This document shows, piece by piece, positions 16,611 to 24,945 of a DNA stretch of 25,675 nucleotides. Each line of letters opens with the position of its first letter. Positions within the stretch are counted from its first letter, which is position 1. The notes under the pieces are model-generated. The model was given only the letters and a program-made list of their open reading frames with translations, was not told the DNA's origin and searched no databases. The stretch lies in IMG/VR virus record IMGVR_UViG_3300010376_000124, positions 1-25,675 of that record. One strand, given 5' to 3'. Both the position numbers and the translations under genes were made by a program. The stretch comes from a virus (taxonomy: Duplodnaviria > Caudoviricetes).

Positions 16611-17239
16611 AGGTCCGCCAGTACGTCACCGCCGAGAAGGCAATCGTCGGAGCCGATGGGAGCGGCATCTGGGAGCGTTGGCACTACGGCGGACGCCTCC
16701 TGGCCGACCCCGAGGCGACCACTCAGAACGGCAACGGCGGCAGCCTCCGAAACGGGGTCCTAGAACGGCTCACTGAGGCAGCGGCGCGCATCGGCGTCAC
16801 TCTCTCTCGACGCGAGATTCAGTACCGGCTGCAGGCAGCGCGTACCTACTCGCAGGACTCGCAATTGCGCAATGCCATTGCGCAATTCCCTACCTGGTAC
16901 GACCTCACTCAGGCTGGTTTTCCGCCCTTCGACGGCGACCCCGACGAGCCACCCGCCGACCATCGGACCAGGGCCGAGCGGGACCATGAGCGCGCCCAGC
17001 AGATGATGCTCGCAGTGGGTCAGCAGGGCTCCCTCTTCGAGGACTTCGAGCCCCATGAGGCAACCCTCAAGGATCTCTTCCTATACGCCGACGAGCAGCG
17101 GGCGATTACGGAGCGCTTCGTCGCCCAGGATCGCAAACGCCAGAGCTACCTGCGCGACCTAAGCGTCGCGGTCAACTACGACTTGTCGAGAACCTGGCAA
17201 GAGGCACACCGCGCCGCCTACGGCGAAGACGTGTCGTGA
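16607..17239 (+). CDS. DUF1016-N/DUF3102-like helical DNA-binding protein
   Basis: ATG 16607 with AAAGGAG RBS; RWHYGGRLL...VLERL...LSRREIQYRLQAARTY...QFPTWYDL resembles the YhcG/DUF1016 N-terminal pattern; 210 aa. Confidence 0.5.
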   Translation: MKVRQYVTAEKAIVGADGSGIWERWHYGGRLLADPEATTQNGNGGSLRNGVLERLTEAAARIGVTLSRREIQYRLQAARTYSQDSQLRNAIAQFPTWYDLTQAGFPPFDGDPDEPPADHRTRAERDHERAQQMMLAVGQQGSLFEDFEPHEATLKDLFLYADEQRAITERFVAQDRKRQSYLRDLSVAVNYDLSRTWQEAHRAAYGEDVS

Positions 17240-17346
17240 CCTCTGACCAGCCACTCCCTCATAATCCCGCTTATCAGCAACCCGGCCCGGCGACGGACGC
17301 CGGGCCGGGTCTAGATCCACAACCTGAAAGGGAGGTTGCAGACCCA

Positions 17347-18228
17347 ATGACCGATTCAACCGTAGAGACCTCGCCCGTAGCCGTCGTCACGGCGTCGGGA
17401 CTGGAACTTGATCACCGTTACTACCTGGTGGACATGACCCCGGACCTCGCCGCTCTGATCCTCAGCGTGAACCGTCAGAATCGCAAGATCAAGGCGGGCC
17501 GTCTGACCATGTACGCCCGCGATATGTCGGCCGGGAAGTGGCGGCTCAGCCCGCAGCCCATCGTGCTAAGCGAGTCGACGCTATGGGACGGACAACACCG
17601 ACTGAAGGCCGTTATCTCAGCGAAGGTCACCGTCCCGATGATCGTGGTCATCACGACCGACGAAATCTGGCAGGACGTGTTGCAGGTAGTCGATACCGGC
17701 GCACCCCGGACCCTGAACGATGTGCTTTACATGCTCGGCGTGGCGAACGCGGCCGTCGTAGCCGCTGCGATCAAGCAGACCCTCATACTGATCTACCACG
17801 ACGACAACGACGAGCTAGTCCGCGCTCCGGCGAACTGGACCCGCAGCGAACAGGTCGACTTCTGGGAGGACCACAAAGACCTGTTCGGCTACGTAGCCGC
17901 CCTAGCTCGTGAACGTGGGACGCGGTTCGCTGTCAGCAAAGAGAAGTGGGCGGGGTTGCACGCTCGGTTGCGCCTACTAGGAAGCCCCGACTACGCCGAT
18001 CAATTCATGGACCGGCTCATGGAAGTACCCAGCGAAGAGGACGGGTTCGCTACCTTGCGGAGCTACCTACTGCGCCAACAGTCGGAGCTACGAACGCTCT
18101 CCGACCACCAGTTCACGCAGATCATGGCGAAGGTCTGGAATGCGTGGATCAGCGGGGAAATCCGCACGGTGAAAATGCTTAAGTACCTACCGGAACAGCG
18201 CGTCGGGTTCAACCGACCGCCTGTGTGA
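17347..18228 (+). CDS. ParB-N-like (DGQHR) phage protein
   Basis: MTPDLAALILSVNRQNR...YARDMSAGKW...PIVL...DGQHRLKAV...DTGAPRT; ATG 17347 with GGGAGG RBS (alternative GTG 17236). Confidence 0.75.
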   Translation: MTDSTVETSPVAVVTASGLELDHRYYLVDMTPDLAALILSVNRQNRKIKAGRLTMYARDMSAGKWRLSPQPIVLSESTLWDGQHRLKAVISAKVTVPMIVVITTDEIWQDVLQVVDTGAPRTLNDVLYMLGVANAAVVAAAIKQTLILIYHDDNDELVRAPANWTRSEQVDFWEDHKDLFGYVAALARERGTRFAVSKEKWAGLHARLRLLGSPDYADQFMDRLMEVPSEEDGFATLRSYLLRQQSELRTLSDHQFTQIMAKVWNAWISGEIRTVKMLKYLPEQRVGFNRPPV

Positions 18229-18411
18229 ATGGTGTTATCCCAAGGTGTCTGACCGCCCTATTCCGGATAACCCCGGATATCGGTTTGTCCCCCCGGAGAT
18301 ACTCCAGTTGCTTCACGACTTGGCCGTGGCCCTCGAAGCCGAACGCGACAGTGGCGGCGCGCCCCGGACGCCAGGAGGTGGAAGTCGGGGACGACGCCGC
18401 CGATGTGCGGG

Positions 18412-18519
18412 CTAGTGGAGGGCCCGGACGATCCAGTAGATCAGCTCGGCCAGGCCGATAGCGGCGGTCCCGATGGCCGCCCAGATAATGAACATGATGG
18501 CCCGTTTGTCATGGTTCAA
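18412..18519 (-). CDS. Small membrane peptide (35 aa, MNHDKRAIMFIIWAAIGTAAIGLAELIYWIVRALH), last gene of the lysis cassette
   Basis: Not in the ORF track; TTG start overlapping the holin end; one long hydrophobic segment. Confidence 0.55.
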   Translation of the reverse strand: MNHDKRAIMFIIWAAIGTAAIGLAELIYWIVRALH

Positions 18520-18751
18520 GCTCGGCCGGGAATCGTGGCTGTTCGGGTGGCTGTGGTGGGTCGCTGGAGCGGGTGCCGAGGTAGGTGGCGACCGCCCCGA
18601 CCGCGGCGCCGAGCGCGGTGGACAGCAGCGTCGATTCTGTTTCGGTGATCGACCCGCTGTGGAGGGCGGCGCCGAGGGCGGTGATGATCAGGGTGGCGGT
18701 GACTCCGAAGGCGAGGATGATGGCGGCGTAGTGGCGGGCGTGGCCATTCAC
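18509..18751 (-). CDS. Holin (2 TMD)
   Basis: GTG 18751 coupled to the endolysin stop; YAAIILAFGVTATLIITALGAAL and LLSTALGAAVGAVATYLG helices; 80 aa. Confidence 0.7.
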   Translation of the reverse strand: MNGHARHYAAIILAFGVTATLIITALGAALHSGSITETESTLLSTALGAAVGAVATYLGTRSSDPPQPPEQPRFPAELEP

Positions 18752-19512
18752 TTTCCGGAGCCGTCGCGAGGAAAGAAATAGCGGCGGTAGTCGTCGTTGC
18801 CCCACCGGTGGACGGTGACATAGCCGACGCCGCCTGGGCCGTTGCGGGCGGCGATGCCGACGCACGGTTTGCCGGCGGTGCCGAATTTGGCGCCGTTGGA
18901 TCCGCCCAGGAAGGGGGCGCCGTCGTAGGCGAGTACGGCCCCGTCTGGTTTGACTACCCAGATGCCGTTGGTGGTCGGGTCGGTGGCGACCATGTTGTCC
19001 TCCTGTGCGGGCTGGTCGGGTGTGGTGGTGGTTTGGCCGCCGGCGCGGCGCAGGATTTCGGGGCGGGCGTTAAGACGGACGTCGCAGGGGCAGGCGGTCG
19101 GGAATCCGCCCTGGCAGCGGTGATAGTTGAGGCCGGGGGTGGTGGCGGTCTCGGACAGGAGGAGTGGTATGCCGTGCGCCTGATGCGCCCAGGCCATGAG
19201 TTCGGCGAAGAGGTTTAGCTGGTGTTCGTTGAGCGGGTCGGCGTGGGGTGGGCTAGCGCATCCTTCGGTTTCGACTCCGATGCAGTTGCCGTTGAGTCCT
19301 TCGGTGCCGCCATGCCAGGCCCGGTGGGCGGTGTCGACGTGCTGTACCGGCTCGCCGGCTCTGGGGATCCAGAAGTGGGCGGACACCCCCCGGGCGGCGT
19401 AGATGGGGGCGGGGTTGCCGTTGCCGGCCTGGTGGTGCAGGGTGACCGCGATGGGGCGCAGGGTGCCGGAGTGTTGGGCGACGGGCTGCCAGACGGCTCG
19501 AGGCCAGCGCAT
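18748..19512 (-). CDS. Endolysin, N-acetylmuramoyl-L-alanine amidase (Amidase_2) with C-terminal wall-binding domain
   Basis: Start ATG 19512; VTLHH, SAHFWI, AWHGG, N..IGVETEG, H...TACP zinc-amidase motifs; 254 aa. Confidence 0.92.
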   Translation of the reverse strand: MRWPRAVWQPVAQHSGTLRPIAVTLHHQAGNGNPAPIYAARGVSAHFWIPRAGEPVQHVDTAHRAWHGGTEGLNGNCIGVETEGCASPPHADPLNEHQLNLFAELMAWAHQAHGIPLLLSETATTPGLNYHRCQGGFPTACPCDVRLNARPEILRRAGGQTTTTPDQPAQEDNMVATDPTTNGIWVVKPDGAVLAYDGAPFLGGSNGAKFGTAGKPCVGIAARNGPGGVGYVTVHRWGNDDYRRYFFPRDGSGK

Positions 19513-19514
19513 CG

Positions 19515-19649
19515 TTAGTCCTCGTCGGGCAGCTCGGCGTCGGTCAGGTCGGTGTCCTCGCCGTCGTCGCCGTCGGGGCCGCCCATGCCGGTCGTGTCCA
19601 GCTCCGGCTCCGGCTCGGGTTCGGGTTGGGTGGGTGTGGTGTCGGTCAT
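19515..19649 (-). CDS. Very acidic 44-aa peptide
   Basis: Not in the ORF track; ATGA-coupled; MTDTTPTQPEPEPEPELDTTGMGGPDGDDGEDTDLTDAELPDED. Confidence 0.6.
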   Translation of the reverse strand: MTDTTPTQPEPEPEPELDTTGMGGPDGDDGEDTDLTDAELPDED

Positions 19650-19954
19650 GCGGGTGTGATCCCTTCGGGGTAGAGGCTGGCGACGATCGGCCAGTTGGCC
19701 TGGGTGAGAGCGAGTAGGTCGTCGTCGGTGATTTTGGTGTGGTCGACGGTGCCATCGCCGTTGTCGGCTTTATCGGCGATGCCGGGCCCGGCCGCGTTGA
19801 GGCGGGTGAACGCGGCGGCCGGTCCGCGGTCGTCGCGGCGGATCTGCGCGGAGAGCTGGTCATCGAATTGGGCGGCTTGCTGGATGGCGGCCGCCCGGCT
19901 GCGCACCTGAAACCAGTAGTCGGTTTCGAGTTGGGCCTGACTTTGATATGACAC
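19646..19954 (-). CDS. Hypothetical protein following the tail fibre (possible chaperone)
   Basis: AAAGGA RBS; 102 aa; ITDDDLLALTQANW C-terminus. Confidence 0.7.
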   Translation of the reverse strand: MSYQSQAQLETDYWFQVRSRAAAIQQAAQFDDQLSAQIRRDDRGPAAAFTRLNAAGPGIADKADNGDGTVDHTKITDDDLLALTQANWPIVASLYPEGITPA

Positions 19955-19969
19955 GAGTAGTTTCCTTTC

Positions 19970-20857
19970 TTAGCCGGTGCCGATCAGGTCGAAGGCGAGA
20001 AAATTTTGGGCGGCGTTGATGTTGACGCCGGCCACCTGGGCGGCCGCCCACAAGGCGAGAGTGTCGCCCGCCGCGCAGCGGATCGGGAACCCGCCGTAAA
20101 GCGGGGCGCCGCTGCTCGCGGTGGGGGCGGTGAAGTATTGGGGGGGCGACACCGGCGCCGCGTTGCGGGCGAATTGCATGCCGAGCCACTGGCCCGCGTT
20201 GAGCGGCGACCCGTTGATAAGCGCCTGGCATTGGTAGAACCCGGCGAGCGGGCAGGTGAACAGTCCGGTGGCCGGGTTGTAAAGGCCCAGGGCGTCGTCG
20301 TCGCGGGCTTGGGCGGCGACCAGGCCGAGCACGGTGCCGAACACGCCGCCGGTGAAGTGAACCCGGGCGTGGACGCTGCGGGCCACGGCCAGGCCGAACG
20401 GGCGGCGATCGACGATGTTGCCGGCAGTGATGGCGGCGGAGCCGCCCGGTATGTAGATCTGGGCGAGGGCGACGGCGCCGGCCGGCACCGCCGGAGGGAC
20501 GGGCGAGGCGACCGCCACTCCGGTGACCGATGTGAATATGAAGTCATTATTGGCGCCGCCGTCGAGGTCGTTGCCTCTGGCCTGGCAGGTGACCAGGTCG
20601 TAGCGGTTGACGCCGGAGGCGGGGGCGGCGGCCAGTACGACTTGTTCGACCGCGTCGGAGGTGCAGAGGACGGAGCCGGTGTTGTTGGGGGTGGGCACCG
20701 CGATCTGGCCGGGCGCGACGTTGACGGTCATGCCCGAGGCGACGGTGACAGCGGCTCCGGCGGCGGCCGGTGAAGGCCATAGGGCGCCGATGAGGTCGCG
20801 GTCCCAGGCGGCCGAGTACTGGCCGGCTTGCAGCCAGTTGGGCGTGTGTCGGGTCAT
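19970..20857 (-). CDS. Minor tail / receptor-binding protein with C1q-like C-terminus
   Basis: Start ATG 20857 with GGAGG; GMTVNVAPG...NRYDLV...PPAVPAGAVALAQI...IVDRR actinophage minor-tail domain; YNPATGLFTCPLAGFY C1q-like motif. Confidence 0.8.
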   Translation of the reverse strand: MTRHTPNWLQAGQYSAAWDRDLIGALWPSPAAAGAAVTVASGMTVNVAPGQIAVPTPNNTGSVLCTSDAVEQVVLAAAPASGVNRYDLVTCQARGNDLDGGANNDFIFTSVTGVAVASPVPPAVPAGAVALAQIYIPGGSAAITAGNIVDRRPFGLAVARSVHARVHFTGGVFGTVLGLVAAQARDDDALGLYNPATGLFTCPLAGFYQCQALINGSPLNAGQWLGMQFARNAAPVSPPQYFTAPTASSGAPLYGGFPIRCAAGDTLALWAAAQVAGVNINAAQNFLAFDLIGTG

Positions 20858-20862
20858 CGGGT

Positions 20863-22095
20863 TTACCTCCGGGTGAGGGCGTCGACGTCGCGGTCGGCCC
20901 GGGTGAACAGGTCGGCCAGGGTGGACAGGGGCCGGCCCACGGTGAGAGTGACATCCTCGGCGCCGTCGTCGGATATGGCGTATGTGATGCCCAGGACTCT
21001 GATGGTGGTGTTGACGTTGAGCCGGCCGGCCAGGACGATCAGCGGCACGGTGTCGCCCAGGTTCGGGTTGCCGTAGCTGTAGGCGCCGGGCCGCATGGTC
21101 AGGCTGTAGGACGGGACGAGCAGGCCGGACAGGTTCAAATCGCCGTGGGCTTTCTGGGCCAGTGTGGCCTGGTCGGTGACATCGGCGGCCGAGTCGGTGG
21201 CCTGCCACAGACCGACCGAGCCGACCACGCCGGGGGTGGCGTTGTTGTCCCAGGCCTCGGCGGCGAGCTGGGGGACTGACGGGTCGGAGTTGCCGTTGTT
21301 GCCGAGTACCCGCTGGTAGTTGGCGTAGTCGGTGGAGGCGACGGTGCGAGTCAGGGCCGACACGGTGGCCCCGTACATGAGGACGATGTCGCTGCGGGTG
21401 ACGCCCTGGGTCGGGTAGAAGACGCGCAGCGCGTCGACGGTGTCGCTGAAGAGAGGCCGGATGTCGTAGTCGAAACCGCCGATGACTTTGGCCAGGTCGT
21501 CCACGCTCTGGCCGATGGCGGTAGACCCGGTGTAGGTGCGGTCGCGGAGCTGGCCGGAGTACTGGCCGCGGATCGTGCCGTCCGGGTTGGTGATCGAGGC
21601 CGACACTGCCAGCCAGGAGCCGGGCAGGAAACTGGTCCCGTCTCCGGCGTGGGCGTTGACGGCGAGGGAGAGCAGGTTGGCGACGATGAGGTCCTGGTCG
21701 GTTTGGGTGTAGGTGACGGTGCCGGTCAGGTAGCGGCGGCCGATGATCCCGAGAAGGTCGTGGGCTACGAAGTTGATGGTGTAGGCCTGTTCGGACAGGG
21801 TGTCCTCGCCGTGGTCGATCACCCCCCGGAACATGGGCCGGTCGGCGCCGATCTGTTCGTCCCACCGCCAGGCGATGACTTCGGTGGCCAGCTCTTGGAT
21901 GAGGGCGGCCTGTGAGGAGCGGCCGTCGATCGAGAAGGAGAGTTGGGCCGCCGCATTCCATCCTTGCTCGAGGCGGCGGGAGCGAACGTCGGTGAGCACC
22001 GCCACAATGGTTTGCTGCCACGGGGTGGGGGTGTAGACCCGCTGGTGCAGCGTGAACCGCCACCGGCCCCGGTCGGACGGCACCGGTGTGGTCAT
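20863..22095 (-). CDS. Minor tail (hub/Tal, Gp37-like) protein
   Basis: Start ATG 22095; follows Dit; GGFDYDI, NLGDTV...RVLGITYAI motifs. Confidence 0.8.
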   Translation of the reverse strand: MTTPVPSDRGRWRFTLHQRVYTPTPWQQTIVAVLTDVRSRRLEQGWNAAAQLSFSIDGRSSQAALIQELATEVIAWRWDEQIGADRPMFRGVIDHGEDTLSEQAYTINFVAHDLLGIIGRRYLTGTVTYTQTDQDLIVANLLSLAVNAHAGDGTSFLPGSWLAVSASITNPDGTIRGQYSGQLRDRTYTGSTAIGQSVDDLAKVIGGFDYDIRPLFSDTVDALRVFYPTQGVTRSDIVLMYGATVSALTRTVASTDYANYQRVLGNNGNSDPSVPQLAAEAWDNNATPGVVGSVGLWQATDSAADVTDQATLAQKAHGDLNLSGLLVPSYSLTMRPGAYSYGNPNLGDTVPLIVLAGRLNVNTTIRVLGITYAISDDGAEDVTLTVGRPLSTLADLFTRADRDVDALTRR

Positions 22096-22988
22096 GTGAG
22101 GTACCCGTCGTTCCAGGTGGCCTGAACCTGGGAGACTGCGCTGGTCGACTGGCCGCTCATCGACAGGATGGCCGATTGCGGCAGCGGCGGTATGTACGGC
22201 CACGACGAGACCGACCAGTCGACCGATGACAGCACCGACTGGGCCGGGTCAGAGTCGCGCCGCACGGTGTGGTTGAGCCCGTCGATGTCGACCCAGTGGC
22301 CGGCGTCGACCACGAAGCTTTGGGCAAAGTTGATCTGGCTGGAGGTGCCGTCGGGTTGGAGTTGCAGGCGGACATGCGGGGCGGTGACCGGCCCGTAGAT
22401 GCGCAGCAGCGGCCGGACGGCCACGTCGCCGGGCGAGGCGATTACCGCGGTGGACGGGGTTGACGACCCGGGCGGGTAAACCCGGTTGAAGGTGAGCGGG
22501 TAGGTTCGCCCGATCGGGGTGGACGCCCCCGACCGGGCGGCGACGGTGTGGGCGGCGGGGTCTCTGACGATGGGGTCGGCGGCCACCCATTGCAGCTGTA
22601 TGTCGCGCTCGAAGGGGCCGACGATCGGCCAGGTGTAGGCGGCGGCGCGCAGGGTGAGGATGCGTTCGGCCGTGCCGGGCCGGTCGAGGATGTAGTGCAG
22701 CACCGGGCGGGCGGAAGGGACCATGAACGGGGCGAAAGAGGCGGCCACCTGGTCGACCTGGGCGCCGGCCCCGGCCAGGGCGGTGATGTCGGCGGAGACC
22801 ACCCGGGAGGCCATCAGGGTGGTGCGGTCGTCTACGCCGTCCATGTCGGGCCGGTTGTTGACCACTTCACGTACCGCCGGGTAGCCCAGGTCGAGCTTGG
22901 AGCAGAAATAGCCGAGGGCCCGGTTTTCGAGGTACACGGTGAGCGCTCCGAGGGTGAGCCACGCTTGGCGGATGCACGGCTCGGTCAT
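22092..22988 (-). CDS. Distal tail protein (Dit)
   Basis: Start ATG 22988, directly after the tape measure gene; DLGYPAVRE, WVAADP, PGDVAVRPLLRIYGP motifs. Confidence 0.8.
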   Translation of the reverse strand: MTEPCIRQAWLTLGALTVYLENRALGYFCSKLDLGYPAVREVVNNRPDMDGVDDRTTLMASRVVSADITALAGAGAQVDQVAASFAPFMVPSARPVLHYILDRPGTAERILTLRAAAYTWPIVGPFERDIQLQWVAADPIVRDPAAHTVAARSGASTPIGRTYPLTFNRVYPPGSSTPSTAVIASPGDVAVRPLLRIYGPVTAPHVRLQLQPDGTSSQINFAQSFVVDAGHWVDIDGLNHTVRRDSDPAQSVLSSVDWSVSSWPYIPPLPQSAILSMSGQSTSAVSQVQATWNDGYLT

Positions 22989-24793
22989 GTCTGGCCGGTC
23001 CGTACCGCCCACGCTGTTTTGCGCATGAGCATTTCCAGGTCGGCGTCGTCGGTGAAGGTGGCGTTTTCGATGTGCACGGCCGGGCCGGCGGCGACGGTGG
23101 TGGCACCGCCGCCGGCCGCCGAGCCGCCCGCCGAGGACAGTGACGGGATTGCGGGCATGGCGGCCGCGATGGCCGGCTGCACCGCCCCCGACATCTGGGC
23201 GATGCCGTTGATGTAGCCCTGTACGGTGTCGCGGCCCATCTGGGCGAACACCGTCGAGGGCGACCCGATCCCCAACACCGATTTGGCCGCGTTGATGGGG
23301 GCGGTGACCACCGATTTGATCTTGTCGGCGACCGCCCCGGCCAGTGATCCGATCCCGTTGAGGAAGCCCTGCACGACGGCCTGGCCGGCGCCGTAGAGCA
23401 GGCCGCCGAGGTCGCCGATGGCCCGCAGGATGGCGCCGGGCAGGCCAGCGAAGAACGAGATAACCGAGTTCCATGCGCTCACCACCGCGCCGGCCGCGGA
23501 CACGATCGGCGACACCAGAATCGAGTACACCGACGCCCAGGTGCCGCGGATCCAGTTCCACACCGCGGCCAGCCCGTTGAGGATCTGATTCCAGTAGTTG
23601 ACGATCACGTAGACCGCGATGCCGATCGGGCCGGTCAGGATGGCGAGCAGCAGCGGCCAGTTGTGGGCGACCCAGTTGAACACGTCCAAGATGACGGACT
23701 TAACCCAGTTGAACGCGGCGACCATGGCGGCCGAGAAGGCCTGCCACATGGTTTGGAACACTCGGGTTTGGGTGGCCAGGTAGATGATCCCGGCGACCAG
23801 CGCGGCGACGGCCAGCACTACGAGCATGAGCGGGTTGGCGTCCATGGCCGCGTTCCAAAGCCATTGGGCGACGGTGACCAGCCGCTGCCAGGTGGCCAGC
23901 GCCATCAGCTCGATACGGGTGCCCAAGGCGGCGGTTTGCATGGCGGTGAGCGCGGTGGAGGCGATAGACATGACCGCTCCGAGCCCGGTGACCGCGGCGC
24001 CGGCCGCGGTGATGGCCGGCCCGAACCGCTGGCCGAACTCGGCGGTGCGGTCCTCGACGGAGGCGCCGAGCGCTTTCATTTTGCCGGTGAAGGTGTCGGC
24101 CGCGGCGGACGCCTGCCCGCCGACCACGCCGGCCAGGGCTTGCATGGCGGTCTGGCCGTTCTTGGTCTGGCCGGTGGACTTGTCGATGGTGATGCCGAAC
24201 TCTTTGAGAAGTTTGGTGTTGCCGTTGTAGACCCGGCCGAGCTGGGTGGCGGCGGTGCCGAGATCCTCGTGTTTGGCGGCGGCGACGTCGGTGGCGGTGG
24301 AGAGCAGGTCGAGCGCTTTTTGAGGGTCGTGGGTGGCCTGGGTCAAGATGCGCAGCGCGTCCTGGGTGGACACCGCGGTCTGGCCGAAGTGCTCGTTGTG
24401 TTTGATGGCCTCGTCCACCTTGGCCGAGTAGTCGTCGTAGGAGGCGCCGGTCGCCTCGACCGCCTGCTGGAGCTGCTGGTGGGCGGCCTGGTCTTTGGAG
24501 CCGAGCGCGGCGAGACCGACGCCGATGCCGGCCATCGCCCCGCCCACCCCGATCATGGCCAGCCCGACGTCTTTGCCGTGCTTGCCGATCTGGTCCAGGG
24601 CCTGGTCGATGCCGTCGAGGGCGGCGCCGAACGGTCCGAGCACCCCGGTCTGGTTGAGCGAGCCGAGCACTCCGGAAAACACGGTGTGCATCTTCGAGGC
24701 GGCCGACGAGGCGGCCGACCCGGCGTCGGTGGCCGACTTGGCGAACCCGGTGAGGTCGCCGAGGACCCGGACCAGGATCGACGGGCCGGCCAT
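22985..24793 (-). CDS. Tape measure protein
   Basis: 602 aa, Ala/Gly-rich helical protein with AQWLWNAAMDANP and aromatic-spaced repeats; follows the tail chaperones. Confidence 0.93.
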   Translation of the reverse strand: MAGPSILVRVLGDLTGFAKSATDAGSAASSAASKMHTVFSGVLGSLNQTGVLGPFGAALDGIDQALDQIGKHGKDVGLAMIGVGGAMAGIGVGLAALGSKDQAAHQQLQQAVEATGASYDDYSAKVDEAIKHNEHFGQTAVSTQDALRILTQATHDPQKALDLLSTATDVAAAKHEDLGTAATQLGRVYNGNTKLLKEFGITIDKSTGQTKNGQTAMQALAGVVGGQASAAADTFTGKMKALGASVEDRTAEFGQRFGPAITAAGAAVTGLGAVMSIASTALTAMQTAALGTRIELMALATWQRLVTVAQWLWNAAMDANPLMLVVLAVAALVAGIIYLATQTRVFQTMWQAFSAAMVAAFNWVKSVILDVFNWVAHNWPLLLAILTGPIGIAVYVIVNYWNQILNGLAAVWNWIRGTWASVYSILVSPIVSAAGAVVSAWNSVISFFAGLPGAILRAIGDLGGLLYGAGQAVVQGFLNGIGSLAGAVADKIKSVVTAPINAAKSVLGIGSPSTVFAQMGRDTVQGYINGIAQMSGAVQPAIAAAMPAIPSLSSAGGSAAGGGATTVAAGPAVHIENATFTDDADLEMLMRKTAWAVRTGQT

Positions 24794-24945
24794 CAGCGGC
24801 CCTTGTTGGCGTCGCGGATGACCCGCTCCCGGTAGGTCAGGAACGCCCGGTAGGTCTCGTCATCGAGGGCGTCGACCTCGGCCGGGGTCATTCGCCAGAA
24901 GTGGCAGAAGGCGGCGAGGTTGTTGAGGATCCGTCTTTTAAAGGG
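24793..24945 (-). CDS. Tail assembly chaperone -1 frameshift extension (gpGT-like)
   Basis: C CCT TTA AAA at 24945-24936 shifts into PFKRRILNNLAAFCHFWRMTPAEVDALDDETY... Confidence 0.8.
   Translation of the reverse strand, partial: PFKRRILNNLAAFCHFWRMTPAEVDALDDETYRAFLTYRERVIRDANKGR

Noticed and set aside
17347-18228. parABS plasmid-prophage maintenance or Dnd phosphorothioation system
   Set aside because: No ParA Walker ATPase and no dnd genes; the phage has integrase and attP.
18229-18411. CCGGATA repeats after the ParB-like gene as parS, and ORF 18225-18461 as a gene
   Set aside because: The repeats are short and imperfect; the ORF lacks an RBS and overlaps the lysis peptide; support is insufficient.
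19970-23561. Long N-terminal extensions in the ORF track (19970-22063, 22092-23561; likewise 965-1924, 3288-4724, 7875-9407, 18748-19863)
   Set aside because: The extensions overlap upstream genes in another frame and are low-complexity; downstream coupled starts are more credible.
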